Below are positions 1 through 13,138 of a stretch of 64,000 nt of DNA, piece after piece. The notes beneath the pieces are model-generated. The model was not told where the DNA came from and did no database searches. It was given only the letters and a program-made list of their open reading frames with translations. The translations under genes were made by a program, and so were the position numbers. The stretch's first letter is position 1, and every line of letters begins with the position of its first letter. Source of the DNA: the human T2T-CHM13v2.0 reference genome, Homo sapiens; NCBI RefSeq assembly GCF_009914755.1, contig NC_060937.1; one strand, given 5' to 3'.

Positions 1-1224
1 TTCATCACATGACTATGTCACAATTTGCCATTCTCTTCTTGCTTAACATTTACATTGCTTTCATTTTTTTCCTATTAAAAATAACCAAGACTTTTTTCTA
101 CATGTCTTGAGTTTACCTAGAGCATCTAGGAATAAAATTGTTGGGTTCAAGCCTATTGTATCTTCAACTTTACAAAGATATTGCTAAATGCTCCCACAAG
201 CAGCATATGAAGAGTTCCTCATTTTATATTTCCTCCAACATTTGGAAGCATATTTAAGAAAAACAGCCACTATCTATATGAAAATTTAAAAATTCATAAG
301 TGATCAATTCCTTTGGTTTTCATCAAGTATTGGTTTAACATAGGTATACTAATGTTCCAAACAAAGAGAATAGACTGAAATTTGGCCCAAGGCACTTACA
401 TGAAAACAAAGCTCTGATAACACAGATTTTCCTCATGTGACTGAGGAAATACCAAGACTTAATCTATTTTTTAATCAGCCGAATTTAAGATTCAAGAACT
501 TAATCTAGAAATGATAAGATTCCTAATTAAATATTAAGCTTAGATCCAAGATGACCAAAGAGGGGAAAAAAAGATGCAGGAAAAGTAGATAGTTTGTGGG
601 TATGAACAATCCCTCCTCCAAGTTCATTTTGGGCAGTGCTTCTCACAAATGTGGTGCTCCTAAGAAAAATCTCTTAAAGCTTGTAAAAAAATGCAAATTC
701 CAGGTCTGGAAAAATGTTTTTATTTTATTTTTTAAATTCTAGGTTATTCTCATACAGGTGGTTTGCAGGCAACTAAGCAGTAAGTAATGATTAAAAATGA
801 GGTGCTTTCAATAGAGAGGATTATGTAACTCATGTTTTAGTTAGGGGAGGTAACAGTAATTAATATGTTATCTGTTAAATTACATAAACTTTTTTTTAAA
901 AACCTCTAGCATTAGTCAACAACAACAAAAAAGTAACCTCAATTTATGGCTGAATATGCTTGACTTCACAATGCCAAGAAAGGTTGTGGGCTCATTTATT
1001 TTTTCAGATAACTAGACACATACTATGACAAAGCTTTTTTTAGTAATATTACCAGGGAACTAATATTCTGAATTTACTGTGATTGGCACAGGAAAATATT
1101 AAGAGTGAGAGTGATCAGGAGTGATTTTAATGAAGGTGACCAGAAAGCAACTATATGATTACCTTTTAAATAGAATGCTATTGCAAATGTCAAACTTTAA
1201 ACGGGACATTTGGCTTTATACACT

Positions 1225-1255
<31 letters not shown>

Positions 1256-2255
1256 TAGTAGTTTCCCACCAAGACCGCTACAAATAAATTCAGAACATTT
1301 ATAGAAATCCAACATTCACACTTCCCTGTAACTCTAACCTATTGAAATTAGATGTAAAAGGAAGAAAAAAAATAGAATATTTAGGTTATAAAAATCGGCG
1401 CAAATTCAAATTATAAAAATAAAAACATTCTTCTATATTATTTGAAATTACAAAGTCCTGTTTCCAAAAGATTTAGAATAATCTAAGCTTTCTAGATAAA
1501 AAGTTCAGATAAAAGATATTTCAGTGAGAAATGGTAAATAGAAAAAGTAAGCAGTTTAGTAGTAAGAAAAAAGACATAAGTTTTCATCTGTTGCCTGCTT
1601 TTAGTTACTTACAACACTAAGTTAATATAGAATGTTGTTTTCTTTCTTTTATTATAGTGAAATCAACAAGAATTCGGTCTTGTTAGACTGGGCTTTTATA
1701 AAACAAAGATAATGTAGTCCAAAAGTGAAAGAAACACTCCTGTGTGGCCATAGCCAGCTTTTCTTTTCTATCCTCAATATATTACCTAACTTGTGATATC
1801 AGCAACTAATTATAATTTTTTTCAGTCTACCTGCTTAAAAGTGAAAACATGAAACATACCATATATACATGAAACATACTATATATACCTCCAGAAGCAA
1901 GACAGGTTTTCCATTCTAATGGATGGAATTAACTGAATAAAAATTAAATGAACTAAAGCCACAGAGAAATAGTAAAAAATAATAGAGTCTAAGAACTACA
2001 AGCATCTACTGTTCTCTTTATGCTGCAACCTTTCTGCTAAAGAATGTATTCTCTATACTGTGTATGTGGTACAGTGACAGTTGGGCTCTTCCCACCTGGG
2101 TTTGTAAAAACGGATGGGTGCAGGCTCCTTTGGCCACCATTATTGCATATTGATGTTATTCTGCACAACAGCTGACAAGCAGCATCGATCTCCCAGCCTC
2201 TGCTCCCAGCTGTAAGGGGTAAGAACAAGGGCTGTGGTGATAACTTGTTTATTCA

Positions 2256-2281
2256 CTGCTGTTGCTGTTGCTGCTGCTGCT
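2256..2281. repeat. Short imperfect CTG/TTG (CAG/CAA) repeat
   Basis: ctgctgttgctgttgctgctgctgct. Confidence 0.85.
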
Positions 2282-5200
2282 TCTTAAACAGCAAGCTGAG
2301 AAAAGAATATCAAACTGACACACAGAGGAAAAATGGTTCAGACATCAATCTACCTCTCAAGGTCTGCTTATATCACTATATGATAAAATTATTTTTAAAA
2401 TAATTTTTCTTTAAAAAGTGGGGTGGGGAGAGAAAAAAGACAAAATTGGTGTTTTGATTATAAAGGGAACCTATAATGTATGCAAGGAAAAGGAAATTAA
2501 TGACATATATAATAATCTTCCCCTTGTAAGTCTAGATTTAACCGCTCAATTATCAAAATTCTCTGAAGAGTTTTAACCAATGTTGGGGTAAATTCATTGA
2601 GAGTAACTTCCCTACCTATTCTCCTGGAAAATAAGAAAGTGTAAAACTCCAATCAAGAAATGACACTTTATTTTGCTTACAAAATGCCTCTAGCTCCCAA
2701 GTGCCCCATATCTAATCACCACCATATGTTTGACTTTAGACACTATTAGCAAAGAAATAAGATTTTAGTCCATACTGTTTTTGCATAAATCCCATTAAAA
2801 AAACTTCCATATGCAATTTACCTATTTTAAATGTGCAATACAAAGTTAAAAACTTAGTAAGTACATAGTATTAATTGATGAGTAACAGAAATAGAAATAT
2901 TCACTGTTCAATTACCTTTAAATGTAATGTGATGCTATTTATAGACTTACAGCTTTAACTGTAAATGCAACTCATCTTTTAGAACCTTAAGCAACTTGTG
3001 ATTCAGAAAAATATAAAAAGTCAGAAAAATTTGGAGATCTATAAACTATTAAAAAGAAAAACCCACATAGGCTAGAACTGGCAAGTAAGTTTAAATAATA
3101 ATACCTAATCAAGAAGGCTAAGTTTGAGACATTTTAAAATAAAAGTATGAAACAGTAACAATATTTTAAATTTAGATATTTTGTAACAAATCAAAACCCA
3201 ACCCCAATCTTCTATTTTTATCACAATTGAAAAAATTTTCTGCTTAGCAACTCAATGAGGAACAAAAAATGTTAATAATAATAAAAATAATTCTGAAGAC
3301 CAGAGGATAACAAGATACTTTAAATATATTTGTTTTGTATGAAGGCTATAAAATAAAAAAGACTAACAGCAAATCCTCAAGCAAGATTTTTAAAAATTCA
3401 GACACTTAGAAACAGTAATGGATTAATAAACTATTAACCAGTGGGATTAATCAGTCTCAGCAGCCACATGTGAAACATGCTTCACATTTCTCCTCTAAGA
3501 TTCTAACCATGAAAATAGGAAAGTAAAACTAAGTCAAATAATATGTTAATGAAGTATCAAAAGTGTGGTTTGTGGTGCTGTGAATAGAAATTTCACTTCA
3601 AAATGTATTTAATTTTAAACCTTCACATTAATTAAATATTACCCTTTGAAAAATGCTTATCAGAAAATATAATTCTGATACATTAGATCTCATTTGAAGA
3701 AAAACTGAAAGAGGTTAAGGATGTTATTTGCTAGTTTAAGAAAAAACACAAAATACACACATGAACAAAACTGCTTCAAATAAATATTTTTAAAACTTTT
3801 ATTTAAAAAGTTAATTGTATCTATTATTTAACAAATTCTCATCAATATATAAAACCTCTATTAAAATGTCATAGCTGACAAACTGCCTAAAATGTAACAT
3901 ATCCTTATAAACTAGCATTATACATCTCTGACAAATAATAATTTTAAGTTCCTTCATATGTAGATATGTTAAGTTACCTCTATTCTAGTTTATTCAAATA
4001 TTCTTTCTATACTAAAAAAACTATTTCAGTAAGACAGGAACAATGATGGTATAACTGTATTTTAGGGACAGCTAAGAATTTTTCCCAAAAGTGAATGTTA
4101 TTTAACCCTGATTGTGCATTTAGCCAAAAACATAAATATTGAAAAAATGAGATACAAATCACTGAAAAAAAGATAAAAATTAACACAATAAATCTCTTCC
4201 CCCAAATTCCAACATAATTAACTACACATCAAGGCTTAAATTTAGATAATCAGGTTTGCAAATTTAAAACGGTCAAAATCTTTACAAAATGTCTTACAAG
4301 GGGTAGTTAAAAGAGAGCCAATCATACACAGCAGTTGAACTCTTTGTTAATTGGCCTCCTAAAATAACCCATACTCCTAATTAGGTTAAAGTTTCTCACC
4401 CTGTAAGAATTGACCAAATACAAGTAAACTGTTAATATTTGTATTGATTCTTTTAGATATGAAATTATTTACTAAGCTAAATTATTAGAAGTTTATAACC
4501 CAGTATAATAACTATAGGAAGAACAATTATATGATGCTAAATATTTGTGTTCAAAATAAGTTTTGATATCTTCAAAGATCACAAATCACAAACTCTCTAA
4601 ATTTGGACGACTCTGTGGATTTATATCTTATCTACCATATAAACTCAAATGCTGTCTCTCTTTTCCTATTTAACTCATTAAGGCTGTTCTAAAGATACCT
4701 GCATTGAAAGTGACAAACTGAACCTGGATTTTTTTTCCCAGATACTCAGGTAACTGTATTTTCCACTTTTCATCTTAATGTTCTCTAACCTGAAAAATAC
4801 CTGTTAAGTCAGTGAGGGAAAAATTGTATTTATTTTCATTTTATTCAAACTAAGCTGCTTTTTCATAAAAATCTCAAATCAAACATATGAAGACATTCCA
4901 TACCTCATATTTATCTGAACCACATTACAGTATGACACCAATATAAAAGTATCTAAACTTCACCCTTATGTTAAACTCTGATTTCTAAACATCTTTACAT
5001 TTTATTTAACTTCAACTGTTAATTGATTCATTCCTGGTTTATCTACCTAATATCCAATATAGAAATATCAAATTTCAGTTTTTAGTATTTTGATATGTAT
5101 TTCAACATTCACTCTTAAACACACCTCAGAATTCATCTTTAAAAATTTTACATTGTTGGAAGTTAAAAGCAGTTCTATGATCGTGATGATATACTTCATT

Positions 5201-6138
5201 CTTAAGACTAAATAATAATTTTCTCATGAAAACAAACCTTTGACATTTCCTCTAAGTATATAAATATTTTTAGGTGAAAAAATTAAAAAAAATTGTATTA
5301 TGTTAGTAAACCTTACTTTAGCAAATAGTTTTTACACAAATAAACGCACACATATATGTACATATAAGATTAATACTTTACTATGAAAGAATTAACCAAG
5401 TAATACTTAGTAATACTGTTCAATAAGTTCATTTTCACTATACCAGATTACCATTTTAGAAAATGAAAGTTGTATTAGTTAAATACTGTCTGAAATTTTC
5501 AACTAAAACTATAAAAATCACTGGAGGTTTAGGGATTCTACAATTTTATTTTTAGAGTCTGCAACTTTTGATATTAACAACTGAAATATTTTACTCAGTG
5601 TATGTTGAGTAAGATACTAGTAATTTCTGCTTAAGAAAGTGGTTTTTTCAGTTTCGACCATATTGCCACTTTTGGTTAGGGCAGTACTTGGAATACTTTA
5701 CATTTTCTTAAAATATTCTCATCAATTTTACCTAATTTTGCAGGCTCTACCTACTACTCTTCCACCTGTCAAACAGCTAAGCACTAAATTCCATTTGATT
5801 TAAACTCTCCATTTTATAAGATGAAAAGTTCATATTTTACTGAGTACACTGTAATAACCTTAAGAAAATAAAAATTACTATAAATACATATTTTTGGAAT
5901 AAATTCAGTTGGAGTTAGACCTTAGGATGCTGAGAAGAACATTACCTGTATAAAAAAAAAATCTGGAGTTTTAGTAAGCTAGACAACTCAGCTTATGGCC
6001 ACTTCATATGATGATTTCTGTTTATGAGTAATTACTTATTGATTTTAGTTCACGTAAAAATTTCAACTTTACCAATTGTCTAGTCCGATTATATTGCAAA
6101 GACATAAAATTATATGGTTTTAAAATTTGTTAGTATAC

Positions 6139-6233
6139 CTTAATCTCATGTCATGTTCCAATGCATTATGTAAGTATTCAATCAAAGAAGTGAGGCTGTT
6201 CTCCAGAATTGGTTCTCTGCTACAGGTCAAAAC
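6139..6233 (-). ncRNA. DLEU2: DLEU2 exon 2 (95 nt); ends with the ATG of the nominal LEU2 ORF (ATG at 6149, M-R-L-...)
   Basis: ttgcag|GTTTTGACCTGTAGCAGAGAACC...ATGAGATTAAG|gtatac; canonical AG/GT; matches recalled DLEU2 cDNA. Confidence 0.9.
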
Positions 6234-6638
6234 CTGCAATAAAAATGTCATGTATTATAGCATGAAGACACTCAACAGATTTCCATCTCCTGCAGTTCCA
6301 CAGTTGATCCCTGAACACAGAGGTATGGTCTTCAAAATGACCCTAATCTTGCCAATGTTCAGAGAAGCTCTAACTTGAAAATGTTTTAAAAATAGAAATA
6401 ACTTGATTAGAAACACCTGTGATATGCTTTATCATCCGAAGCCTCTTCAAACAAATCAGATTAATATGTTTCTGCTTTCATTTCTCTTTAGGGCATTCAT
6501 GTTCAAAGTAGTATGGGTGAGTGTGTATGCGGGTAGCTGTTAGAGGACTGGTACAAGAGGAGTTCATAAAGAAAATATCAGAAATGTAGTTTGTACTTGT
6601 AAAACTCATAAAATCCACACAGTTTAAAAAGTTACTGA

Positions 6639-6920
<282 letters not shown>

Positions 6921-9900
6921 TAAGTGAAAAGTATCAGTATTTCCAAATATTTTAATACATTACAGTCCTAACAGACCAAAATGTGGAGTTTTTTTTTTTT
7001 TTAACAAGTTAACATATTTACAAATAATAAATGGACCACTACTGGACCAAATGGTTTTTTAATGTTTCTAAGAGATGTAACTGAATATATGTTAAGTGTT
7101 TTTTTTCATTTCTTTCACCTTTCTGAATTATAATGATTCAGTGGCAATCGACTGTATAAAAATATTAAATTACCAAAGGTGTATCATGTATTACATGTAA
7201 ATCATAATGCTCTGAATAAATTTTCCAGTTATATTTAAGAATAGCTTAGGAAAATGAAAGAGTAAAACCTAAAAAAACCTTTATTCCTCTGTTGCCAAAT
7301 ATTTGATTGTTTAATGACAAAACCCACACAATCATCCATAACTCATAAACACCAATCCAAATACCATGACATTTTAAAAAATTACCGTCATTTATACACA
7401 GTCTTCCTCAAAAGACAGACAGTTTTCTATATTTGAGCACTCTGAAAATTAAGGTATCTTAAGTTTAAAAATCATAGAAGGAAAATAGTAGAAAACAAAA
7501 TGTACTACATGCCAAATGTTAAGTTTTTAAATAGTAGGGAGATGAAAAATACTAACCAATAAGAAGCAAAAGAGGTCTGGATATAAATAAAATAATAAAC
7601 CAATGTGTATGATAAAAAAGGCAATATTAAAAAACCTTCAAATAGTAAAACTCAAATCTAAAATCTATTACAAAATAGAGCTTACTATTTATTCTTAGAA
7701 ACCACTACAAGTTATTCCAGTACAAATTTTCTTTACTGAAATAAGGCAGGATTAACCAAAGGTATAGTAAACTTCTTATAATTTGATAAGAAATATTAAT
7801 AATATTCAAATATATATTTAATATCAATTTCAATATTTAAAACTTGTCTTTCTAAAAGGAAGATCCTTTAAAGCATCTCTAATACAGATCAAAAAATAAA
7901 AACAAAAAACCAACCGAGGCAAAAAAATAAAAAACATTCAGTTCCCCACCAGAAAGTAATATTTATATGATCTACGAGATAAATAAACATATAATAGTAA
8001 TGTGATATTCTAAAAATCTATCCTGTTACTCTTAAGACAATCATGACATTAAAGTTCTAATACTGTCACTTCCAAAAATTAAATGCTTAATCTCATTTTC
8101 AATGCTTATTTGAAATAAAGTGGTATTTTATTACTGATTTCCTTTGGTGTTATGAGATTTGGGGCTACAAAATTTCAGCAAGTCATAGTTGAGCTCTAAT
8201 TATGTGCCAAAATTAGTTGCCTGGCATACAATGTTTCAAAGTTTGCTGAATTAAAAACAAAACAAAACCAAAAACCCCCACGAAACTATATATATGACAA
8301 TTTTTTCTAAGATGTGTTTTCTAGTTATAATCAGACCTAAAATCTGTGTCTTCTAAAAAGGGGTTAAAAAGAAATTAATATGTGAATTTTTAAGCTTCAT
8401 TAGACAGAAGAAAAAAAACACAAGAGCCAATTTTAGGTAATATTTTAAAATAAGAGAAATTTTTATAGAATAATTTTTTGAAACTATAAATTTATCATCT
8501 TCTTTTGAAGAAAGCTAATGTGTCATATATAATAATTATCTAATACAGTCTCTGGGAATTTTTTTTCATTTTGTAAACCAAATCAACTGACCCATATTTC
8601 TGGCTTTAAGTATTCTGTGACATTCCAAATAGTTACTACCTACCAATAAACAAACAAACAAACAAAAATACACACAAGTCTCCACAAAACAAAACAAACG
8701 AAAATGTACTACATAAAGCATGATGAAACCAGGAATCTAGACTATGAAAGCTACTTTAAAATTTTTATCCTTAGCTGTAGTTCATGCTAAACATTAAAAC
8801 TCATATTAATCTGATTAGAAAAAATATGCAGTGTTACATACAAACACCCGAGGCTACATTTTCTGAATGTACAACTAAGACAGGTCAACAGTATTTTTTT
8901 CAAAAGTCTGAAACTGCACTTTTATTTGAATTTTTAAAAATAGTGTGGGGGCAAACAAATGAAAATCAATGCTACCAGGAAGACTGATACCTTACCAGTC
9001 CCCTTTCCCCCACAATAGGTAAACATAACTTTAAAAAGGGGTGACCTATTATAGCAACACCACACCCCGCAGTTGCTTTCCTATGGTAATAAATGACTTT
9101 GTAATACAAAATAAATTACAACTGTCAATTTCTACAGAGAAATATGGATAAGTGCACATAAACATTAAAAAATACACATATGTTGTAACTTATACCTATA
9201 TGCCCACAAGTCTAAAACCAAAATCTTCCTCTTATATAGCATCACATAAAAGTGAAAATATTTTGAATGCTGTGGATTTTATTTAGGCGCTAGTGTATTC
9301 TCAAATTTGAAGTGATGTATTTTAAATAAAGGAATCACTTCTTTTAAAAATGGCTTATTAAACAAACAATCCTTTACCCATTACCCCCTAAACAAACAAA
9401 AAATCCCATAAACCAAAGTGCTAAAAATGTATGGTTATACTTAACCAGCCTGGTGGAATTTAAAGCTTGCCCCCAACTCTTCCCAAAACTCACGTAATTT
9501 GAATGAGAATACAAAACTCAAAACAAAAACCATCAGTAAAAAGCAAAACCCAGGAGTTCTGGTACTTTAGGTATAATTACGTTTAAAATAGAAATGAGAT
9601 CTCCTAAAATTTCATTAAATCAAATTTTATAGAGAAGATAATTAGCACCTTCTATGAAATTTTCATAAGATGACCCAAAATAAATAGCTTTGAACAAAGG
9701 TAATGAAAAGGGATCTGTTATCACAATTCTTGTTATGAGGGCAGTACAAAATAGTATGAATTATAAACTCAGCTATTCCACTTACTAATGTAAATTATAT
9801 TTACAGCCCTACAGAGATTTATAAAAGCCATAAGATTTTTTATTTGAATATTTTTTAACAATGCGTATTTGACTTAATGCGAACATACACACTATAAGCT

Positions 9901-11719
9901 TCAAAATTTAACTACTATTCATAAAAGAATATAAACGTCTATTAAATTAAAACAATTGTTTCTCAAAGCATCTACAGCTGTTTATCAGTTAGTTTGCCGC
10001 TGTTCTTTGAAAACGACACCTGCCTTTTATCAAGATGCAATTAAATGGAATGACAAGCTCGGTAATAAATGGAAATATACTGAGGCTGTCTCAGGCAACA
10101 TCGAACAAAAATCAACTGAAAATCAACCAGATAAAAAACAGCACACCCACACTGTTGTATACAATATATTTCTTCATAATGAATTTATCAAAGGAACTAA
10201 ATAATAGATACGCACCTGTGCTTACCTGTTGTCTAAATTAAGAAACATAAATGTTTTGTAAATTAAAGTTTTAGTTCACTGCAGTTACTGAATTAGCAAA
10301 ATGTATATTTTCACTAGATGCGAAAAGTTTTTTAAATAAGATGTTCAATTTTTATGGAAAATGTTAAAAAGATCATTCGTGAACCTTAAGAAAATTAGTT
10401 TCTTTGCATCAAAATAAAAGAAACAACTGTCCGGTAATCTGCATCCAACAAATATATGTAGTTTAAGGTGAAAAATTCCTATCAAAGGAAAAAAACTAAA
10501 TTTTTCACTCAGTTTTTAACCAATAAAGAACAGTGACAAATATATAAAAGTCTTGTTAATTTCAACCAGCAGAAACATAATTTTGCGAAAACAGCCTCTT
10601 CAGTTTTACTTTTAATATACATTTGAGAACCACACGAAAATCCTTTCTGAGAGGAAAAAAAACTATTAAAAACCAACTTTTTTTCTAAACTCTCGTCCTA
10701 ACGTTTCGTAGCTATTTCCGTGGTTCTCTGGCTAAAAGTATATTTTTTCGTAAAGTCGAGAATTATAGTTTAGCGTTCAACATTCAAACCCCCCAGGCCC
10801 GCTTCCTTCCAGCCAATCAGGGGGTAACAAGTCCAGAGTTTAGGGAGCTCCGTTAGACACAATTTGAAAAACATCACATTGCACTCTTCTATTCTCCTCC
10901 GGGAAACATTCTAAGCGAGGGCGGGTCCCCCAGTCTTCATAGAATATAAGAAATAAATCAATCGTTACATCAATTCCACGGGGAAAAACTCTGTAGGCAG
11001 GCAGTCCTAAAGAAGCGTGTCACCGCGGTTCCCAGGAAGCGTTATTCCTCTTTGCGAACAACTGAACAGAATAGCTGCTGCAAAAAGCATCTCCGGAATA
11101 TTTGCAACCCAGAGCCGTGCGCCCCACACGCAATACACCGGCAAAGGGTTAATCTAGTGGTGCCTCCAGCGCGGAAAAGAACTCAAGATCTAATACATCC
11201 TTAACGCGGGATTTTTACAAAGGCCATAGAAGTATTACCTAAAGTTAATGCCGTCACTGGCTCACATCACTCAAGAGCTGTGGAGTAAGAATTGATAGAA
11301 ACCACCAGCTAAGGGGGAAAAAAAAAATCACCGAAGGGAAAGACAAATAACAACTCTCGTCCCTCCTCCTCAGCGTCAAGAAAAGGTGGGGATCGCAAAA
11401 TTACCGTTAAGTTGTCCGGGTAAAGACTTTTGGGGGAGGAAAACATTAATAGTTTCACAGATTGCTTTTTTCCTTGCGACATGTTTCAAACACCGGAGAA
11501 GAAAAAAGTCTTCTAAGAAAGTGCGACTCGGAGGAAATAGCCACGAGAAGGAAATCGTTAGCTCGAAGCCCCATCTTTCATCTCACCCGTGAACACTCCT
11601 CCCCTTTGAGAAAGGACAACGCTGCGAGAGCAAATGACAAAAATCCCCAGAAAGAAGCTAAAGTCCAGCATCTTTCCTAAGAGCCCGCTACAACCTCAAA
11701 AGCCTGCCCCTGCCCCATC

Positions 11720-13130
11720 TTGGAAGCGCGAGCCGCGGCCAGTCCTACCTACCTAGAGACCTCACCGGGACCCAGCGCGCCGGGGGAGGGCAGCCAGGGC
11801 TTGGGAAACTCTTTCCTGGGGCACCTCACGCTTCAGCGTCAAAAGACAATATAGATAGATGGGTGCCGGGCGGTGGCGGGGGGGACTGTTGCCACGACCC
11901 ACCGGAGGGACCCATGACTCCGGGTCCTGAATTTTCTGTCGACCTTAAGTTTCTTGTCACGAGATGACGGCCATCACCGGGTCGAGAAAACGGCGAGAAA
12001 AGGCGGCCCGGTTCGGAAATGGGGGAGGGGCGCGCGTCCAGTCCTCCTGTCAAGGAGCGGCCGCCTGCAGAGACCCCGCAGTGCGCCGTCCCCGGCTCCG
12101 GTCCCGGGCGGGGGGTCTTGCTGACAGATCCGCTGGGCGGCGGCTGCTCCGCCGCAGCCGGTCCGCGTCCCGCTCAAACTGCAGCTCCCCTCCCCCCACA
12201 GCCCCGTCTCTCCGCGCTCCCGCCACATTCCGCCCGCCGCCGCCCACTCGCAGACGCCCAAGTTGCCCCTAACCCTACTTCCTCGGATTTTTCGCGATTA
12301 AGTGAGAGTAGACCCCGCGCCCACTCCCTGCACCCACCACTGCCTGCGGGTCCCACCACTGCCACCTCCCGAGTCCCGCTCTGCTACTTCTTCAGGCTCT
12401 TACCGACTGCGCCAGCCTTGGCGAAGCTCCGCCGACTGCCCTTTGCTCCAAGTAATTTTTGGCGATTTTTAAAGTAATTTTTCCGGCGGAGTCATAGTGG
12501 CGCTATACTCTCGGACAGGTTATCCTGTCTCTCCCGCTAGATTGATGAGATCAGGCATCACTCGAAAATGGCGCCGAAAGCGCTGAGGCTCCTCATTCAA
12601 ATTCGTTAGAGCCAACCCCGCCGCCCCAGGGAATGCCGGGAACGCGGGCTGCCTCCACAGCTGTCAATACCGCCTCTTAACCCCCCTTCTCTTGCTTTCC
12701 CGACATTTTTACGCATGCGCAAACTCCAACCCTCCCCCCTCCTCCCGCCAGGCACATGCGCAGAATCATCGTGGTGCACGGCTCTCCCTTTGCTTCTTCG
12801 GTTGCAGTCCTCTTGCTTCTTGCGCGTGCGTGTAGCGCTTTTGCAAAGCCGCGGAGGTGAAGTGAACTTAGAGGTTGTGGGGCCGAGGGGTCGTCTTATA
12901 GCTACCAGCCCACAGGCATTTAGTCTACGTTGGAGGTAAACAAATACGGGTCCTGCTTAGGAGAAAAGAAAAACGTCTTACAGCCAGTGTCTAAACTCCA
13001 AACAACGGAATGTATCAATGAGACCTTGTATATGGATACACGTGCATTTAAAACCGCCCTGCCGGCTTGTAGAGCTTTTGCCGTTCTCCAGCGCTTTACA
13101 GGGGTTATCGCACTTAAGCCTCGGAACAAC
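11720..13130. promoter_or_regulatory. CpG island and bidirectional DLEU2/DLEU1 promoter
   Basis: High GC and CpG; divergent first exons ~190 bp apart; YY1-type AAAATGGCG 12565-12573; NRF1-type CGCATGCGCA 12712-12721 and GCACATGCGCA 12752-12762. Confidence 0.9.
12404..12560 (-). ncRNA. DLEU2: DLEU2 lncRNA exon 1 (proximal promoter); TSS approximate
   Basis: Reverse complement reads GATGCCTGATCTCATCAATCTAGCGGGAGAGACAGG...GCTGGCGCAGTCG|gtaaga, matching the DLEU2 cDNA 5' end as I recall it; canonical GT donor at 12402-12403; lies in a CpG island. Confidence 0.9.
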
Positions 13131-13138
13131 TTTACCAG
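12751..13138 (+). ncRNA. DLEU1: DLEU1 exon 1; TSS approximate
   Basis: GGCACATGCGCAGAATCATCGTGG...AACTTTACCAG|gtagga; head-to-head with DLEU2; carries the first 40 codons of the LEU1 ORF. Confidence 0.9.
13018..13138 (+). CDS. DLEU1: Nominal LEU1 ORF, part 1 (MRPCIWIHVHLKPPCRLVELLPFSSALQGLSHLSLGTTLP); real translation uncertain
   Basis: ATG 13018-13020; 121 nt to the donor; spliced ORF is 237 nt = 78 aa plus stop, matching the recalled leukemia-associated protein 1 sequence. Confidence 0.5.

Noticed and set aside
633-770. Possible MER5-like DNA transposon relic
   Set aside because: Only short motif resemblance (cagtgcttctca, aaatgcaaattcc). I could not define both ends or a TSD.
1848-1887. 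20-bp imperfect tandem duplication (also a 17-bp direct repeat at ~38026 and ~38062)
   Set aside because: Ordinary local slippage with only two copies. Not an array and nothing CRISPR-like.
11826-12477. GC-rich ORFs around the proximal promoter
   Set aside because: CpG-island artefacts overlapping DLEU2 intron 1 and exon 1.
12469-12558. Tiny ORFs in DLEU2 exon 1 (MPDLINLAGETG*, MTPPEKLL*)
   Set aside because: 8-12 codons, one almost at the cap, and no supporting feature visible from sequence alone.
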